A stretch of DNA of 64,000 nt, taken from contig NC_068986.1 of the NCBI RefSeq assembly GCF_001194135.2, positions 95,881,700 to 95,945,699 of the forward strand, read 5' to 3'. The notes under the pieces were generated by a model that did not search any database, was not told the origin of the DNA, and saw only the letters and a list, made by a program, of their open reading frames with translations. Positions 59,001 to 64,000 of this stretch are shown in pieces; position 1 is the first letter of the stretch; every line of letters begins with the position of its first letter. A program made the translations under genes and the position numbers. The DNA is from Octopus bimaculoides. Taxonomy: Eukaryota.

Positions 59001-62000
59001 TGCTAACTAAACCTTACACAGAATGACCTCACTAATACATTACTTCCCTCACAAACCAAACAACCCTGACAATTCCAATGTACACTTGTCATGGACTAAC
59101 TGGGGTTATTCAACAGTGATAAGGAAAAGCGATATATAATCTAAAGAAGGGGTTTATTTGTTTCTTTTCTTCAGATATCTGTGAGTTTTGCTGGGATCCA
59201 CATCGTTACCATCGTACATACCATCTCCAACCAAAACAGAAGACAAATAAGAAAACAAACTCTAAAAGTAAGTCAGGTTTCTTTTGATTTTTTATCAAAT
59301 ATTTCTTTCTCTTTTTTTTTTTTTTCATTTTAGTTTTTGTATAATCCCTGCCCTACATCCCTAACCTCCAAGGTTTGTGACCTTCGTCTAATTTTCTTTT
59401 ATGGCCAGTGACTTGCTCAATTGAATTCAGTTCCCTATTCTTTGTTTGGGCACAGGTATTGATGAGTGGGTAAAAGTTTTGCACCACAACCACATAATTC
59501 TGGTTTCAATCCTAGCACATGAAACCTTGGGCAATTTCATCTATGATTGCGTAACACATGAAAGTACTAGTTTATTTCAGTATTGTAAAATTATAAAAAT
59601 TGCAAATGATAACACATGAAAATCATACTTGTGCCAATATGACAGAGATGCTCTTTTACAAATCCTCACTTGCTGCCAAGACAAGACTCCACACAGATAC
59701 ACACGCATACTTATATATATGACGGGCTTCTTTCAGTTTCTGTCTACCAAATCTACTCACAAGGCTTTGGTTAGCCTGGAGCTGTAGTAGAAAACACTTG
59801 ACAAAGAGGCCATGCAGTGCGACTGATCCCAAGACCACATGGTTGGGAAGCAAGCTTCTTAACTTGTGCCAAAATGCGAATGTGTGTCAGTATTGTAGTG
59901 GCAGATGAGAGAAAAGATGTTTTTTTTAAAAAATTTTTATACCAACAGGGGAACTGTTAATAGTTACCAAACAAAATTAAGTTATGTGTATGTATAATTT
60001 CATTTCATCAGCTGAAACCCACACTGGCAACTAGTTACAGTTTTCTTGTACGAAAGGTGCAGTTTTTCAGGTTGCCATATTAGAATGAAATTTAATAAAA
60101 AAAGAAGCAATATTAACGTGAACACATTCTCATTGGTTTGCACAAATTTCATTTTCGTCTTGGATATATGCACAAGGATAAGATCAAGAACTTTCTGTAG
60201 TTAAAACAAGGGAGATTACTTTGGAGGGATGAAGTATGATGGGAGGTAATCCACATAAGAAATTTGGCATAGTTAATGTAAGATTGATTACTGAGTCAAT
60301 TCAGAGAAGAAATAGAGAAGTGAGGGATTGAATCCTTTAGAAAGAATCTTTCAGTCAGCTTTAACAAACGCTGATTGATAGATTGGAGTATGTTAACTCC
60401 TATATTTCTCCAACTATACACACACACATACACATATATCCGGGTTTTTATCATCATCATCATCATCATCATCGTTTAACGTCCGCTTTCCATGCTAGCA
60501 TGGGTTGGACGATTTGCCTGAGGACTGGTGAAACCGGATGGCAACACCAGGCTCCAGTCTGATTTGGCAGAGTTTCTACAGCTGGATGCCCTTCCTAACG
60601 CCAACCACTCAGAGAGTGTAGTGGGTGCTTTTACGTGTCACCCGCACGAAAACGGCCACGCTCGAAATGGTGTCTTTTATGTGCCNNNNNNNNNNNNNNN
60701 NNNNNNNNNNNNNNNNNNNNNNNNNNNNNNNNNNNNNNNNNNNNNNNNNNNNNNNNNNNNNNNNNNNNNNNNNNNNNNNNNNNNNNNNNNNNNNNNNNNN
60801 NNNNNNNNNNNNNNNNNNNNNNNNNNNNNNNNNNNNNNNNNNNNNNNNNNNNNNNNNNNNNNNNNNNNNNNNNNNNNNNNNNNNNNNNNNNNNNNNNNNN
60901 NNNNNNNNNNNNNNNNNNNNNNNNNNNNNNNNNNNNNNNNNNNNNNNNNNNNNNNNNNNNNNNNNNNNNNNNNNNNNNNNNNNNNNNNNNNNNNNNNNNN
61001 NNNNNNNNNNNNNNNNNNNNNNNNNNNNNNNNNNNNNNNNNNNNNNNNNNNNNNNNNNNNNNNNNNNNNNNNNNNNNNNNNNNNNNNNNNNNNNNNNNNN
61101 NNNNNNNNNNNNNNNNNNNNNNNNNNNNNNNNNNNNNNNNNNNNNNNNNNNNNNNNNNNNNNNNNNNNNNNNNNNNNNNNNNNNNNNNNNNNNNNNNNNN
61201 NNNNNNNNNNNNNNNNNNNNNNNNNNNNNNNNNNNNNNNNNNNNNNNNNNNNNNNNNNNNNNNNNNNNNNNNNNNNNNNNNNNNNNNNNNNNNNNNNNNN
61301 NNNNNNNNNNNNNNNNNNNNNNNNNNNNNNNNNNNNNNNNNNNNNNNNNNNNNNNNNNNNNNNNNNNNNNNNNNNNNNNNNNNNNNNNNNNNNNNNNNNN
61401 NNNNNNNNNNNNNNNNNNNNNNNNNNNNNNNNNNNNNNNNNNNNNNNNNNNNNNNNNNNNNNNNNNNNNNNNNNNNNGGTAAGAGCTCTCTAAACTTTGC
61501 CCAGGCTATTCTTATTCTAGCAGCTACACTTTCAGCGCACCCACCCCCACTACTAACTTGGTCGCCCAGATAGCGGAAGCTATCGACTACCTCTAGTTTT
61601 TCACCCTGGAATGAGATAGAAGTTGTTTCCTGTTTGTTTGCAGTCTTTATTGCACCTGAACATCTGCCACAAACAAAAACTAACTTGCTAGTTAACCTGC
61701 CTTTGATGTTGCTGCACCTCTTATGTGTCCATAGCTTGCACCGGGTACATCTTATGAGAATATATTAGTCAATGAAATTGCAACTAAGTCTGATTTTCAC
61801 ATTTTATTATTTGCAATTTTTACAATTATACAATATTGAAATAAACTAGTACTTTCATGTGTTATGCAATCATCAGGTTTATATAGTGACAATCATGTTC
61901 CAGAATTGACAACTGTTGTCAATTCTGGAACATGACTTTATTCAGTGTGTTCTTCCTGATTTAAAGTTGATTTGACTGCTATTTCTAGCAGATCAGGTAA

Positions 62001-62414
62001 CACTGTAGAGGTTCCATCATTGGCTCACTGTACAATCTTGTATATTTACTTAATAATTTGTTCATCATTATATCAGTATGTATAGTGAAGGGTATGCCTT
62101 ACTGATGAGGTCAGAAGTCTCCTATATTTGCTTAAAAAATTAAATACCAATAATAGTCATTAACATCATTGCATTTTAATTTCTCATTAGTTTTTTAATG
62201 CTCTGGACATTAAATATATTAACACTAATGTAACTGTTGTTGTTATCTTACTGTTTCTATAGAACAGTGCAAGACCGGTATTAAGGAAGAGGAGACAACC
62301 TGTTGTAACAAGGAAGCTGATGTCCTAGAAAAGACTGAGGAAACATCTTCACAACAAGATGATGATGATTTCAGAGATTTCTCAGAGATCATAAAGGAAC
62401 GACATACTGCACAG
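55925..62414 (+). CDS. BRIP1: BRIP1/FANCJ-like Fe-S DEAH DNA helicase, 5' partial (first five coding exons)
   Basis: Exons 55925-56014, 56837-56948, 57587-57622, 59175-59267, 62263-62414. [23 protein letters not shown] (Q motif), [23 protein letters not shown] (Walker A), and a DDDDF insertion motif typical of FANCJ. RTEL1 is the main alternative call. Confidence 0.85.
56837..56948 (+). CDS. BRIP1: BRIP1 coding exon 2 ([37 protein letters not shown])
   Basis: CAG acceptor, GTAAGT donor, Walker A motif. Confidence 0.95.
57587..57622 (+). CDS. BRIP1: BRIP1 36-nt microexon ([12 protein letters not shown])
   Basis: Strong acceptor TTTTTTCTTTGTTGCAG, GTAAGA donor, phase 1-1. Confidence 0.7.
59175..59267 (+). 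CDS. BRIP1: BRIP1 candidate exon ([31 protein letters not shown])
   Basis: TTTCTTTTCTTCAG acceptor, GTAAGT donor, phase 1-1, open frame; lies in a poorly conserved insertion. Confidence 0.6.
60451..60685 (-). mobile_element. Young RTE-tail retroelement copy, running into an assembly gap
   Basis: (CAT)n then CGTTTAACGTCCGCTTTCCATGCTAGCATGGGTTGGACG; near-identical to 6258-6454. Confidence 0.8.
62263..62414 (+). CDS. BRIP1: BRIP1 exon ([18 protein letters not shown]...[20 protein letters not shown])
   Basis: TAG acceptor, GTGAAG donor, phase 1 to 0, DDDF motif. Confidence 0.78.
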
Positions 62415-62689
62415 GTGAAGCACTGCTACCATTCTATCACACCTCAACATTTTCTGCTTCCAGCCATCATCAATCAGTTTACAAGGTTTATTGCAAAGTC
62501 ATCTCTATATTGTAGCTGGAAAAATTGTGATGTTCTTTTTAATCTTCTCTCCAATATTTAACCGCTGGACTGATTTGAAAGAGTTAATAGAATTTATTTA
62601 TTAGGAATGTGGCACAACTTAATCCAATCCAAGCACCCATTATTCAGTGATACAACAGTGCTGATAATTTTGCCACATTCCATTGTTAA

Positions 62690-63430
62690 CTTCACTTACC
62701 AGTTGTGTCTTCTTAGACAAAACACTACTTACCACAATCTACTTCTTTCTACAGCCGTTGTTTTGTGTTTCCTTAAACAAAGCACTTTACTTACCATAAT
62801 TTATGTAGCTGTATAACAGATACCACTGTGACCTGCTACAGCCATTGTGTTACGTCTCTTTAAATGAGACACTATTTGCCATAACCTACCTTGCTACATA
62901 AGAGGTAGCAATACTTCCTGCTAGAGCCATTGTGTTATGTCTCCTCAGATAAAACACACTACTTATCATAGCCTGCCTAACTGTATAACAGACACCTCTA
63001 TGTCCTGTTTCAACCATTGTGCTGTGTCCAGTTGCCCAAGACACTCTACTACTGCCATCTACCTAGCTGTATAATAGGTACCATCATACTAAGCCATGTT
63101 ATATCACCACCAACCTTATTGACTCTTGTACTACTTAACCTCTACAGTTAAGAGACCACTGTGTAAATTGTACGCTTCATTTTGGAAAAGACTATTCTAT
63201 TAACTGGCCACAATACCAACTGTCTAGTAATTTAATTGACCATTACTTTACCTTGACCACAACACTAACAAGTCAGTCACATTAACTGGCCACAATAGCA
63301 GCTGACCAGTAATATCCAGTAGCTACTATATTCATTTGACCACAACATTAACTAACCAGTTGCATTAATTAGCCACAGTGCCAACTGACCCATGACATCT
63401 ATTAAGCATTACATTAACCAACCAGTCATA
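62690..63430 (+). repeat. Two adjacent degenerate minisatellite arrays (about 80-85 bp units)
   Basis: AGCCATTGTGTTA.GTCTC...ACACTA units at 62690-63080; ATTAACTGGCCACAATA...GACCACAACA units at 63200-63430. Confidence 0.65.
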
Positions 63431-64000
63431 ATAAATGACTACATCAAATTTTCAAAGACATATATTTCTGAAGTTAATGAGGATCTCATAGGATACAGCA
63501 TTAGATTTAATGAGACAGTAGACTTTACCATGGATAGGGAGCGATGCCAAAAATGGGTGGCCAGTATTGAGTGCACGATATCACTTACTCTGTTGCATAG
63601 AAATTAAAGAGGATGTTCAAGACAATGAACACCAACTAAGCAGTTATAAAAATGGACATAGCATACACAACACTGTCACTGATAGAAACAACAGCTAAAT
63701 CACCATTAGATAACGCCTTTCTATTCACATGCTGGTGCCATTTTAAAGCACTCCTTGCACTCTGTAAAGTGGTTGGCATCAGGAAGAGCATCCAGTTGTA
63801 GAAACCATGCCAAGGCACACAACTGGAGCCTGGTACATCTCTCCGGCTTTCTACCTCCTGCCAAACTGTCCAACCTATACCAGCATGGAAAGCTGATGTT
63901 AAATGATTAAAGTTATATGACTATGATTCAGTGCCATCATTTATAGCCCAATGTGTTTTTACATGTCTAAGAGGAAAAATTTTCCCCGAGAATATTTCCA

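Noticed and set aside
61478-61485. G|GTAAGA immediately after the 792-N gap, as the donor of a hidden BRIP1 exon
   Set aside because: Cannot be evaluated without the gap sequence; flanking exons already join in phase.
60528-61573. Long ORFs in the ORF track (also 2112-2855 and 33095-33475)
   Set aside because: Their length comes from runs of N. The real parts are repeat sequence or RanGAP1 exon 1.
2320-62414. Minor-spliceosome (U12) introns
   Set aside because: None of the donors used in the three gene models matches RTATCCT.
63392-63607. 71-aa ORF as the next BRIP1 exon
   Set aside because: No FANCJ motifs (for example KIYFGTRTH); TMDRERCQKWV looks like an RTE C-terminus and is followed by an RTE-type tail.

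Overview
Eukaryotic, AT-rich, repeat-dense genomic window with four assembly gaps (624-633, 2384-2808, 33177-33357, 60686-61477). The repeat families suggest a coleoid cephalopod, probably Octopus (inference). Three intron-rich genes can be assembled by hand with consistent GT-AG phases: complete RanGAP1 (+, 17 coding exons, 2157-38738, 595 aa), complete IFT22/RABL5 (-, 6 coding exons, 54062-40871, 188 aa) and the 5' part of a BRIP1/FANCJ-like DNA helicase (+, ATG 55925, five coding exons to 62414, continuing beyond the window). RanGAP1 and IFT22 are tail-to-tail; IFT22 and BRIP1 are head-to-head. Introns carry tRNA-derived SINEs, fragments of RTE, CR1, Tx1/L1-like and R4/Dong-like LINEs, four mariner relics and TTAA-flanked MITEs. 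The best lead is a chain of three phase-compatible candidate exons inside the 10.6-kb RanGAP1 intron 11. It would give a short RanGAP1 isoform without the SUMO/Ubc9 pore-anchoring domain, ending in an NES-like motif. Other leads are an RFX X-box next to the IFT22 start, a compact IFT22/BRIP1 bidirectional promoter, an orphan promoter-like motif cluster in IFT22 intron 5 and a pre-miRNA-like hairpin. All coordinates were read by eye and no searches were run; comparisons to other species are recalled from memory.
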